DNA of 50,875 nucleotides, filler included, from Streblomastix strix (Eukaryota), in NCBI GenBank assembly GCA_008636045.1. It is 3 parts of 3 records of this genome, joined end to end, with 100 filler letters (N's around TTAATTAATTAA, not from the genome) between each part and the next. Parts side by side here need not be neighbours in the genome. Positions count along the whole stretch, not along the records: positions 1 to 16,902 come from SNRW01000751.1; positions 17,003 to 33,890 come from SNRW01000752.1; 1 more part is not named here. One strand, given 5' to 3'. Positions 13,501-25,800 of this stretch are shown here, piece by piece. Positions within the stretch are counted from its first letter, which is position 1. Each line of letters begins with the position of its first letter. The notes beneath the pieces are model-generated. The model worked only from the letters and a program-made list of their open reading frames with translations, searched no databases and was not told the origin of the DNA. Both the position numbers and the translations under genes were made by a program.

Positions 13501-16500
13501 TTTAAACCCAATTAATCAATTTCTTCATCATTACTCAACCATCCATTATCATCTTCATCGTTTTATTATTGTTTTTATTATTGCTATTGTTTTTATTATT
13601 ATTATTGTTATTATTATTAATTTTCAGTTGATTATGTTTGAAGAGTATTTAGATTAATAATACTACCATTATGAGTGAATAGAATCTAATTATACCCTTC
13701 CTTTTCTCTAAAGCTGCTTCTTGGGTTGAAGTTTCTTTATCTTATATTATAATTTCCTTATTATTTTTATTGATTAAAATTTATATTGGTATTAGTATCA
13801 TTATATGGAACTAAGGTGCTATTATTGAATTATTACGCGAATGAAGAAGACTGCTAATTAAATTCATTCTACTATAAAAGTTTTTATTGGTCAAACAATT
13901 CAGTTTCAGCATGCAAGAATTGATGTTTTTTCTTCTACCTAGGTTATTATTATTGAGATGATTAATTTGAGAACAATAAAGATTATTATTATTATTTCTT
14001 TCTTTTATGTTATTTTTCACTTTCACTTTTATCTTTGCTATCATGTTTATTACTACCACCTGAAGATAACAATGATGACGAAGATGAAGAAGAAGAGATT
14101 CCATTTGCATTTCCATTTTATCTCAAACTGAAATTCTGCAGCGAACTTAATCCCCCTTCAATCTTCACACCTCTAAGTTACTAAACACCATTTTTAACTT
14201 ACTGAGTCAAAAAATCTCTCACAACCTGCTCTGTTTTTTCGCGCGCTTTCTGATTAAGACCACCAACGCCCTTACCTGACAGCATTCTACTGAGCCAGAT
14301 TCTTTTCTTCCTGCCGAGGGATCCCTTTGGTCGACCACGACCACGATGCGAATCATTGTCATCATCATCGTCATCATCATTATCATTGTTGATGCTATCT
14401 CTGTCGTTGTCAATGTTATTATTATTATTGATATTGTTATTGATATTGTTGATATTATTATTGAGGTTGATGAGATTGTTATCATTGTTAATATCTTTAT
14501 TGAGTTAATTAATGTTGTTTGGATCTTTGTTTAAATCTATTTCAGAATTATTTTGTTTGTTCAAGTCTATAATTAAGTTTTCTTATTCTTTATTTTTTTA
14601 ATTGATATTCGGATTTTCATCTTTATCAGATTTGTATTCAAAAAGCATATCATTTACTACAACTTTGGGCATTTATAATCTTTATATTTATTAAACTGGT
14701 GATTATTATGTTAATTATTGCTATTTTTCCATTTATTACTATTATCGGAATTATTATTGCTGCTGCTGTATTTATAGTATTTCATCTCTATCCTCATGCA
14801 TTACTGCATCAGATGACATGGATGATTACTATAATTTATTGAAGAGTTAATCGTTGTAATTGAATGACTAAAAATTAGGATTTTATGAGAAATGAGTAGA
14901 ATTTGATAATGATTATTTCTATTGTTGTTATTTCTATTATAAAGATTATTATTATTATTATTTCTAAAACTATTACAATTAGGAATTTGCTTAATTAAGA
15001 ATGCTTCTATTTTGGTTTTGATTTTAGTTATTAATACTATCGTTCTTACTTTCATTTGAATTTTCTTTCTAATTCTGATTCTAATTTTCATTCAAAGGCA
15101 TTAAAGGCATTGTGTAAGGGATTGGCAAGAGTGAAAATGGTGGAATTGAGATTGGAGAAATAAGATTATTATTATTATTATTGTTGTTATTGAAATTGTT
15201 GTTCCCTGAAACATTATTGCTGTAAGAGGTATTATTATTGATATTATTATTGCTACTAAGAAGATTGCGTTTATTATGCGAGTGTTTTTATAGTTAATGT
15301 TTTTGATCCTGATTATGCTATTTTGGAGATTATTATTTGTTTTACTAATCAACTGATTATTATTGTTATTAATCTGCATTATATGACTGTGCAATTTTTA
15401 CTGCGCTATCTTCTTACTTATCAAAACCTTTCTGTATTTATTATTAATTGTTACTAATATAAGAGTTCACTTAATTATTCAACTCTTTATTGATATTATT
15501 ATATTATCCATAATTTTTATTAGTTTCTTTCAAAATCTAAAAATCTTCCTCATCTTCGTCTCGTTTGATTTGTTGTATTTCATTCATTTTCTGTTTATCA
15601 ATTTCTTTATATTTTATTTTTTCTTTCTTCTTCCAATCGTACAAAACAGATTTTTGTCTGAATTTTATACTGATTTTCTATAAATTGTTATGAATCATTG
15701 ATTTCTGATAAAATTATCCTTTATCACTAAATTTAGCTTATATATTCAAATTATTGTCATTTACATAATTCAAAGTGTTGTTAATTGAATTATTGATGCT
15801 ATTTATATATTCAATAGCGCTTTAATGAATAAATTCTCTCTCTTCTCTTAGAGCAGATCGAGTCATAGGTCTTTTCACATTAAAATCAGATAATAGATTA
15901 TTGCTATCATTATTTAGACTATTACTGTTATTACTATTCATCAATGTGTTTTAAATATTATTAATTATATCATTTTTGCCATTTCCTTTACCCATTCCAG
16001 TACTTTTATTTTCACTTTTATCTTTCTAGTTATCTTTATCATTATTGTGCCTTCTCAATCTGGAATTAATACTATTACTATTTTAATAGAAGTTATTATT
16101 ATAATTATTATAGTTCGTTTATAACCTTTCATCTATTTCATTGTCTGATATATTAGCACTCCTGACTCCTTAGCTGTTCAATACATTTATATTGCTAATT
16201 TAATTTGTATATGTACTATCAAATATGAAATTATTATTATTATTGGTGTTGATCATTGAGCCAAGAATTTTATTTTTGTTACTTTGTGGGGTGATTACAT
16301 TTATTCCTTAACTTTAAACATTCAGACTGTTCACATTATTGATTTATTTCCCTTCTTTTTCTAGTTCGAAATCTTTTTCCATTAACTATCCACTTTATTG
16401 CTCATTTATAATATTATTATTATTATATTATTATTACTATTATTATTCATTCAATATATTACTATTATCTACATTATTATTAGTAGTATTAGTAGTGATT

Positions 16501-16902
16501 GTATAATCAATATCATCTTCCATTCTAGCTCTTTTTCTACTATTTATTTATTGCTATTATTACTGATGTTTATTTGAGCTGATAAATTCGCCACTTCTTC
16601 CTCTTTATCTTTCCAAATTCTGATTCTTCTTCCTTTTCTTACTTTTACTCGTTGTTTTTCTCTTGTTTTTATGCTTGCTGTCAATTTTCATCTATTTATT
16701 ATCATTATCATTATAATAAGTTAAACTGTTATTATTATTTTCATTAGCCAAACTCATACCATGATCGTTTCTGTCGCTGAATTAAGCAGATTATGCATCA
16801 TAACTAACTTATTCAGTAGTTTAATCTTCAATGATCTTACTGTGATTGTTATTATTTGCTTTATTTTTGTTTGTATTACTTTAATTATTTTTATTCTTGT
16901 TT
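7584..16902 (-). CDS. Giant (>3,100 aa) low-complexity Gln/Asn/Ser-rich protein with one AT-hook; 5' end truncated by the scaffold gap
   Basis: The same minus frame read as open at every point I sampled (~8760, ~11040, ~14100-14350, ~16740) and ends ...GTSSNTK-TGA at 7584-7586. RGRGRPKGS lies at 14319-14345, with basic NLS-like clusters elsewhere. Not every codon was checked. Confidence 0.8.
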
Positions 16903-17002
16903 NNNNNNNNNNNNNNNNNNNNNNNNNNNNNNNNNNNNNNNNNNNNTTAATTAATTAANNNNNNNNNNNNNNNNNNNNNNNNNNNNNNNNNNNNNNNNNN
17001 NN
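16903..17002. other. Artificial scaffold linker (44 N + TTAATTAATTAA + 44 N)
   Basis: Exactly 100 nt and identical in structure to 33891-33990; the 12-mer gives TAA in all six frames. Confidence 0.95.
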
Positions 17003-17069
17003 GGATTACATTATTTTATTATAATTATTATTTTTCATTATTTAATATTATTATTTTATAATCATTATT

Positions 17070-17353
17070 TTATTTAACATTATTTATTTTATTTTTCTAT
17101 GAGGGGCACTCTCCATATTCTCATAACTACTTTTGATGTTCACAAATGACAGGAGTTAAGGTTTTATAGGTCTGCGATAATTTTACAGCTCTTTTTGATA
17201 TTTGCGAAAATTTTTTATGCCATTTTTTGACGAATTTGATAGGAAATACGCGCTAAAACCATTAATTTATTCGGGAGAGCTCCAAAACCTTAATTTTTGT
17301 GCATTTCACCGGTAATTTTAACTCGACACGGCGCCCGCCTTCTCTATATTATT
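17070..17353. repeat. Dispersed-repeat segment, probably a terminal fragment of a mobile element
   Basis: The reverse complement of ~17070-17140 aligns with ~47371-47445 (AACATC..GTAGTTAT..GAATA.GG.GAGTGCCCC...GAAAAATAAAA). 17325-17353 matches 1024-1052 at 24/29 positions. Confidence 0.55.
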
Positions 17354-18000
17354 AATAGTGATTATTTAATGTAATAGCACTGTATGAATGGAATTACTTA
17401 TCTAAATGTGAATAAATACGAATGTATCAAGCAAATATTGAGAAAACACATTAGCCCAGCAAAAAAATTCGCCCAAAGCCAAAACCTAACTTTTTTGTAG
17501 CAAGCATAAAATTGGCTCAAATTATATTTATTAAACATTAAATATAATATCATAATTAAATAAACTATTTTTAACACAATAAGCAACATCTTTATAAAAA
17601 AAATTTAAAAAAAAATTTTTTTTTTTAATTTGAAAAATTTCATTGAAGCTTTAATTTCTTGGGCGGGCAGCAGCATTACTGGGCGGGCATGGGCTACAAC
17701 CCTAATAAATTTCCATATAATACACAATAACTAAATTAGACATAGTGACAGTTAGATATTTGTTGATTTCCAGCCCACATATAGGCTAATAATCAATAAA
17801 TTTTATAATATACTCATAAAATCAACATTCAAACTATATATATATATTTTCAATTCATAAATATGAAAGGCTGAACTATAAGTAAATTTAGTTTTTTTCC
17901 TAAAATAAATCCAGATTTTTCTCACGATCTATTATATAAAACATATAATTTTTTCTTTTTATTGAAAATAACAGAACATAGATCCTTTATACTTATCTTG

Positions 18001-18090
18001 AAAGGGGGCTGCGCCCCCTTTACCCCTGCTTGGGGGGCTACCGCCCCCCAAACCCCCTACCTAGGGGGGCTTCGCCCCCCTTGACCCCCC
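18001..18090. repeat. Triple GC-rich hairpin array (GGGGGC-loop-GCCCCC-spacer-ACCCC) x3
   Basis: Three ~30-nt units with 8-9-bp perfect stems: AAAGGGGGC-TGC-GCCCCCTTT, TTGGGGGGC-TACC-GCCCCCCAA and AGGGGGGC-TTC-GCCCCCCT. Confidence 0.85.
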
Positions 18091-18164
18091 AACTCTCAAA
18101 GATAGCTAGATCAATTTATTTACATCTTTAATTTGTTTTCTGTTATAGACTATACTGAGCATCA

Positions 18165-20512
18165 ATGAATAAAGACTAACTATAATAATAATGTTTGTTA
18201 GAGTTATATTGAATGTTCTAACGATATATTTTTTTTCTCTTTTACAATTTTTTTGAATTATTTAAGCCAATACTTCATGCAGCAGATAATTGAACTCATT
18301 TTCAGGACAATTACTTAATACTTCATATCAATTTCCTGGTAAAACATAAATTAATTAAGTGTAAACAAAGACAATTTTAAAAGAAAACTTTTAGACATTT
18401 CCTCATGCAGTTGATAATGTGAATTAGAATAATTCATCTTCAATCTTCCAACAAGCCAATATAAATGAATTGTCTAATCTTGGGTCGGATCTTACACATA
18501 ATTCCAATGAATCAAATTTAAATCTATAGCACGTCACAGGTTCTAAACTGAGAGCCCAAGATTATGATAATAAAAGCAATAGATTTGATTAGAAAGATTT
18601 ACTGTAATCAATAGGTTAATCTGATTAGTAAAAAGAATAAATAGGCTCAATATTGATGACGATGGATTTATAAAAGAGACGTCAACAAGAAGATTTAAAA
18701 TAAAAATTAAAAAATACAAATCAAGCTAAAGATAAATCCAGAATCTTGTATCAATAAAGATAAAAAGAGATATTAACTTCAAAAGATAAAGAAATTATTT
18801 AAAGATAAATAAACGAGTATGAAGCATCTCACGAAATTGAAATGCTTAAAATAAAATAATAATAAATTGAAACTGAGAAAGAATTGATTTTATATTAAAA
18901 ATTAGAAATTGAAAATTAGATTGAGATATTTAAAAGATAATAATTTGAAAAATAAAGAGAAAGAGAAAATGAGCTTAAAATGAATTTAGAAAAAGAAAGA
19001 TTAAGAGAAATTGAGAGATAAAGATAGAAAGAAAAATAATGGTTGGATGAAATCACAACTATTTAAGAAAACGATAAATTTAGAAGATAGTAGTTAGATT
19101 ATGAGAGGAAAAGAAGAGAGGAAGAATAGAAAGAATAATAATATCAATAAGACTAAGAGTATGAAAGAGAAATATAAAGAGAGTTAGAGAAAGAAAAAGA
19201 AAGAATTAGAGAGAGAGATATGGAGAGATAGATATAATTAATGAAGGATATTGAATGGAGAAGAGAAAGAGAAAGAGATAATATTGATAGAGAGAAAGAG
19301 TAACTAAGATAGAAACAATAAATATTTCAGATTATTAGATAAAGAGAGAGGGAGGAAATTAACCTTAAGAAATAGAAATTAGAAGAAGAATAAAGAATTG
19401 AAAGAGAAAAAGAATTATAAAGAAAAATTGAAAGTGAAAGAAGTGAAAATGAAAGAATTAATCTATTATTAAAAATTGAAGAAAATAAATTGAAAGAGAA
19501 AGAAATGGAATTTGCAAGGTAAATTGAAATTGTCAGAATTCAAAACGAAAATAAAGAAATTTATAGAAAAGAAAAAGAAAAATAGAAAAAAGAAGTTATG
19601 AAAAAAAGATAAAGGAAAGAATTAAAAGATTTATAAAGAGAAGCAAAATAAAAGAATTGTATGCGCAAATAGACATTATCTCTTCTTTAAATGTTTGATA
19701 CAAATGACAATGATTAAGAAAATGAATTTGATTCATTGAGTAGCAATTAGAATATTCTGGATTAAATTGAGATGACAAAAAATTAATTATCATTTGATAA
19801 TTATAATATAAATGGAGAGTATAATAACATAAGTGAAAATGAATTAGAAGATGCTAATGAAAATGATGATAAGAATTCAGATCTTCTGAAATTATGGCTT
19901 CTTAATCCGAAATTGGTGTAAAATGCGATAAAATCCCAGGTTAAGTTGGAGAATGCAAACAAAAAGATTCAAAACCAAATTTTATTAAATACATCAACTA
20001 GAAAAACTCCAAATTTATCAGTCATTCAAGAATAATCTTAGTTTGGTAGAGTTTAAAATTCGATTCCTCATTCTTAAGCATTTAAAGACAACGAATAATA
20101 ATAATAAAAATAATAAGATTATACTTAGTAATATACAAATACAACACATTTAAATTCTCCACAAAATAATAACTCTCTTCTTAATTAATTAAATAATTCA
20201 AAATAAAAAGATTCATCTGCAATTCATTCATCCTTACCACAATTCACCTCAAATTTATAACCAATGTCTTTCTCATCTTCCTCTCCTTCTTCATAAGTAC
20301 CTCATTCATATCAATCCAACATTTCAAACATTAATTCACTTCCTCAAAAGTAAATGTCCCTGGATCATCACAAGCCTGTGCTTATACAAACTCCAAAGAT
20401 ATCTCAAGCTGAAGCAAAAGCATCAGCACTCGAAGCACATTAATCTACTGCAAATGTTTCTTAATTATCTAACGAGCTTCATTTAAACCTCAAGAAATAA
20501 GAAACATCCTGA
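18165..20512 (+). CDS. Hypothetical E/Q/K/R-rich coiled-coil protein (~760 aa)
   Basis: ATG 18165 (MNKDQLQQQS), a phase-compatible GT-AG intron at 18193-18266, then one TAR=Gln frame to TGA 20510-20512. Long charged central region and S/Q/P-rich tail. The start site is uncertain. Confidence 0.75.
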
Positions 20513-20629
20513 AAACATAAAAGTTATTTTTAATTATTTTATAATACAATATTAGTAATAAATAAAGACAACAGAAGAATAAAACAGTATTAAAATGATA
20601 TAATAAAAATCATTCTTTGAGAGAAATGT

Positions 20630-20720
20630 AAAGTTAATTTAATGAAATTTAAAGTTAGTTTAATGAAAATTAAAGTTAATTTAATGAAATGAAAGTAAAT
20701 TTAATGAAATGCAAAGTAAA
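20630..20720. repeat. Minisatellite of ~4.4 units of 20-21 bp (AAAGTTAATTTAATGAAATT-like) between two convergent 3' ends
   Basis: Units start at 20630, 20651, 20672, 20692 and 20713. Confidence 0.8.
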
Positions 20721-20777
20721 TAACTATTTAAAAAATAACCAAAATTTTTTCATTAATTGTATAATTCCATCCTATAT

Positions 20778-23700
20778 TCACTAATCATCTATTTATTATT
20801 ACTAATCATCTAAAATCATCAGATTTTCGCCTGGTATGCATTGCATCTCTATGTCAACTATTCCAATTTCTTTTTCTTCTCCATCAATCCTTTAGCCTAT
20901 GCTTGGAACAATATATGATGCGCGTTTTTTATCAGATATAAAATCTTTTAACTGTATATAAAATTAATAAGATGGGTATAAAATAGAATATAGAATGTTA
21001 AAAAAATCAAACCGGAATCAAAACTCGGCCTATAACGACATATTCATTTAATTCATTAAGATCCATTACATCAAGAGTTACACCAATTTCCTTATTCTCT
21101 TCAGGATCGTAATAGAAATTAAATGCTTATTAAATTGAGATAAAAAGTATGAAATTAATTTATTAAATCAAATAGAGGCAAACTCTCATTATATTTTCCA
21201 TTGCATTCATCATATTTTTCTGTTTCTCCCTCATAATCACCAAGAATTAATCTAATATATGGATTAGATTATGATTATGTATCTTTCTTGATGATCATAT
21301 TTCTAATTGTGAAAACGGTTATTTCAACATCACCGACAAATTATTCTATGTATGTTTAGCCAATATCTTTTTATTCAGTTTCAATTTATTCTGGAGCAGA
21401 TTAAGATTATTCAATTTGTTATTATTAATCTGGAATGAGATCTTGGAATTCTTTTTGTTGAACTTAATCTTGAGTTTGATCTTCTTATGTTTGTTCTTAT
21501 TATGGAAATTATTCTTATTCAGATCCTAAAGAAGATTTCTATGAAGAATTTAATGAAGAATTTAATGAAGAATTATTTTCATCTTATTGTTATTAAATTT
21601 ACTCAAACTAAGGTGAATNNNNNNNNNNTGTTCTTATTATGGAAATTATTCTTATTCAGATCCTAAAGAAGATTTCTATGAAGAATTTAATGAAGAATTT
21701 AATGAAGAATTATTTTCATCTTATTGTTATTAAATTTACTCAAACTAAGGTGAATTATCTTGATGTGGTTTATATTGAAGTGAATCTTAAGTATTTTAAT
21801 ATAATGGTTATTCTTTATTCAATTGTTATTCTTGTATAAATTCACTTTTATTTGTATTTCTATGAAACTGATCTTCAGATGGTTGTAAATTTGATTAAAG
21901 ATCTTGTGTTGAATTTTCTTTAGAATTATTAATATCTTAATTTTTTTATTCGTTATTTTCTGCACTTTTGTTTTGATCAATATCTAATCTATTATCTGAT
22001 TTTACGTCGTCTTTTTATTTTTCTTTGTTAAGCAAATTTTAGTTTTCTGAAATAGCTTCTTTTAATAATTTTTCATTGTTTTACTCTTTATAAACTTCTT
22101 CATTTTCATTTATTTTCTCTATATCTATTTTATCATCCTATTTTATTTATATTAATTATTCATTTTCTTATTTATTATTTAATTAGAGTTATTCAATATC
22201 TCTTATTTGTTGTCTTAATTATTTTAATTTTTCTTTCTTCAATTTAATATTTTCTTCTAATTTTTGAAGTTCTTCAATATGAGAATCATCTATTTCTTAG
22301 TTTATATTTTAATCATTTTATTCTACCAATGAATTAGAAATTAAATCATAGTTTTTTATTTTTGAAGATATTTATTAATAATCGTTTTTTTCATCAATAT
22401 CTTTCTATAAAATTTATTCTTTCTTCTTCTTCTTTTTCTTCTTTTTCATTGCTTTATCTTTATTTTAATTTTAATTGTTGTTAATTATATTATTTTCATC
22501 TTTATTTTTATCATCAAAAATTGTTTAAGGATTTGTTTTCTCTTTTATTTAAGTCTCATTATTTTCTATATTTTTCTTTCTTATTCTCTTTTATGATGAT
22601 TTTTCTCTTCTATCTTTATAATTTTTCATTGAATTATTTGTTTTATCTTATTTTACATCATTAACTATAGTTTTTCTCTTTACTTCAGACTCAGATTTTG
22701 CTCTTTTCTATTCAATATGTTTTATACTAACATTTTCATCACTGATTCTACTAGGATTTTCATTTCTATTCTCAGCAACAGAATAAGCTTTTCTTACTTT
22801 CTTCTCATTACTCCTACTTCTGCTCTCACTCTTATTTCTATTATTGTTGAGTGATGTGGTATTTGTACTCATAAGTAAATCTCTTCCAATGTGGTCTGTT
22901 GGAGTATGTAATGATTGAGAAGTATTTGATTTTGGTCTTGTTGATCCATATCTACTCGATTGTAATGATTGTGTATCTATAGTTGAAAGAAGCTTCTAAT
23001 CAAGTTTCTTATTTACTTTCATTCTCCATACAAGTTCCTTCATCAAGTCTTGTCTTGCAAGTGCAAGTCGTTAGAACTCCTTTTTTTCATCAGTCATCTT
23101 CTTCTTTTACATTTTCATCTCTTAATCACGTTCATTGTCTTCTTTTATTTTTTATAATTGTTTTTATCTCCAATATTAAAATTGTTTTTGAAGCCTATAT
23201 ATATTATAAAAATATATATATTTAATAAATTCATAAAATATCAATATACCTTTTAATAGCATCTTTCCTTTCCTGGTATTTTAAAAATAAAATTAATTTT
23301 TGATTTTCTTCATCTAAGGTTTTTTGTTTTTCTATTTCCAACTTTCGTGCTTCACGTTCTTCTTCTTTCTTCTACTTTTCTTCTGCGATTCATTATTATT
23401 TCTCTTATTGCTGCTAAATATAATCGAGTCGCAATTATTCTCGTTTCTGCAAGTCTTATCTAATATATAAATAATAAATAAATAATATAATTATAAAAAA
23501 GCTTAGATAAAATAATTTTATAATTCAGCAAATATAATTTCTAATTAATAATTAATAATAATTGGTCAAACTTCTTCTCTTATTCTCTCAATATGAAATC
23601 TTCACGTTATTTTTTTAATCTTTCCTCATTTAATAATTATTTATTCATCTTCTCCAGATTTTTCTCCTAAAAATGTGTGAAAATAAATAATAATATTTGA

Positions 23701-25182
23701 TAAAAAATGATTAATACTCCATTCTCTTCTTTGATTTTAAGTATCTTTTATTTAATTTCAATTTCTTTATCATTTAAAATAGAATTACTATTTTCAAATT
23801 CTCTTTCTCTTTTTTCTTTCAAAATTCTCATTTATTCTTCTGCCCTGTTTATTTCATCAAGTTATACATTGAATTTAAATGACGATAGTGTTTCCTAAAT
23901 AAATAAGTATAAATTAATATTAATATTATTATAAAAAAATAAAATAAAATTTTAAATATATTATTTATTTTTACAATATATTAATAATCTAAAAATAAAT
24001 TCGTTAACTTCTTATCGTTTAATTTTCTCTAATTACTCTCTTTTAATTCTGAGTCTTTCCTGAGCCATTCAATTCTTTTCAATTTCATATTCTTTTTATT
24101 TCTATTTATTTTCTTTTTCTTTCTGCTCTCTCTAGCAAATTGAATCTTCTAATTCAGCTTTACGTTTCTACCTCAGCTAAATTATATGCTAATGTTGCGC
24201 GTTCTGCAAATAAGATTGAATAATCAAATATATAATTAAATAGTATTGGATAAATAGAAAACAAGAAATATATATGAGCAAACAAATTTTTCTTATCTTT
24301 GAAGTGAAAATTCTATTTTTTCTCTCATCATTTCTTACATTTTCTATTAATCTTTCTTTGCTTGCTCTTCTTCCATCTTGATTTTCTAATCTAATTATTT
24401 CTATAATAAAATTTATTTAATTTTTTCTTACTCTTAACGATTCTTACGTTCTTCAATCTGAAAAAATAATAAATGTATTATAAAAAAAATACTTAAGTTG
24501 TAACTATCATAAGAATTATAACTAAATATCATACCGCTCTTTTATTAGATTCCATTAAGATTTTCTGGTATTCTTTTTTCTTTATTTCAGCTTCTTATAT
24601 TAATTTCTTTTCTTCCAATAATTTATCTTTCTCATTTTGTATAAATTCTTAATTTGATTTCAAAACCATTGACAATTATTTCTCAGCAAGTTACTATTCA
24701 TTCTGTATTCTCATTGTTTCTTTCTCAAGTTGAATATCTTAATTACTTATTTTATTTGTATTGGAGTTATCTATATCTTGACTAATTATCTATTATCTTC
24801 TTTATCTTACCAATTCTAATTTTTCTTTGAATCCAAAAAAAATATTAAAAAAAAATAAGATAAACAATAAGTATGATTTGATATACTTTATCGTTATTTT
24901 TCAAAGAAATCGAATTTAATCTAAGCATGCTATTTTTTCCCTCCAGCTCCATTAAAAGATTCTATAGGTTAATAAAGCAACTCTCTCGGAGATATTCCTT
25001 CCTGTAATACTGATAATAAAAAAATATATCTTTGATTTAATAAAAAAATTGAGCGTACAAGCTTCCTGTGATTTAGGAGTAAAATATTATTATTAATCTT
25101 CATTTCCTTCAAAATTATCTACACTTAACAAAATTCTTTTTGAAGATGCACGCGACATGGCAGATTGCCTATCATTCATCAT
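20778..25182 (-). CDS. Multi-exon coiled-coil protein with a CCDC177-like N-terminus and a C-terminal C2 domain
   Basis: The spliced N-terminus LSVDNFE..YFTPKSQEALLQEGISPRELL..KFDFFEKQR resembles the SPRS.EA...G..P.EL motif of CCDC177-like proteins. The C-terminus FVGDVEITVFTIRNM..SNPYIRLILG..TEKY..YNE..VTLDVMD..VIGRVLIP..IGIVDIEM is C2-like. TGA at 20778-20780; many short GT-AG introns; start codon approximate. Confidence 0.75.
21492..21755. other. 127-bp exact duplication flanking a 10-N gap (unmerged contig overlap)
   Basis: 21492-21618 is identical to 21629-21755 and both copies abut the Ns. Confidence 0.9.
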
Positions 25183-25800
25183 TTATCTAAAAAAATAATA
25201 TTATAAAGTTAAATAAAACAAAGATTTATAGTAATTACGAGAATGATATATGTAATCAGATATATTTTTATATAAATTATTATATTTTTTATTCTATTCC
25301 TTGTTATATTTTGAAAATAAAAAAAGAAACTATATTTTGAAAGTTAATGATATAACTTTTATCATTTTGATATAAAAAATAAATAAAAATTAAAAATTAT
25401 GGATAAAATACTTGAATAATTTCGCATTATACAGAAAATATGGTGCATGGAGGAAAAGTTTGTATTATTCATAATATCTCTGTAAGTATTGGATATTAGT
25501 TAATTTCTCAAATAAAAATTATAAAATATCATTATTTATAAATATATATTAGGTCATACACTATTTATTATGTAAGATATGGTAAGTTACAGTAAGATGT
25601 TAAAAATTAAAAAATCCAAAATTTCAAAAATCTCTCATTTTTTCATATAAAGCAAGATTTGAGTATATATGATTTTATTGAATAAAAATACTTATTATTT
25701 GGCAATTAAACGTAATTTTGCTGAAAAAAAAATAAATTTGGAACAATTAATAGAAATTCTCAACTGATTAAACAGTATAAAGGTAAATAACAAAAAATTA

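Noticed and set aside
16947..16958. TTAATTAATTAA palindrome (also 33935-33946) as a biological site
   Set aside because: It is centred in identical 44-N flanks, so it is an artificial scaffolding linker. Adjacency and distance across these gaps are unverified.
7786..16958. Many short hydrophobic or Ile/Met-rich ORFs in the supplied track
   Set aside because: They are antisense or off-frame shadows of the giant minus-strand Q/N/S-rich CDS.
18001..18090. tRNA or rho-independent terminator
   Set aside because: There is no cloverleaf with D/T-loop consensus and no consistent U-tract, and the genome is eukaryotic.
21492..21755. 127-bp tandem duplication inside a coding exon
   Set aside because: The copies are identical and abut a 10-N gap, as expected of an unmerged contig overlap.
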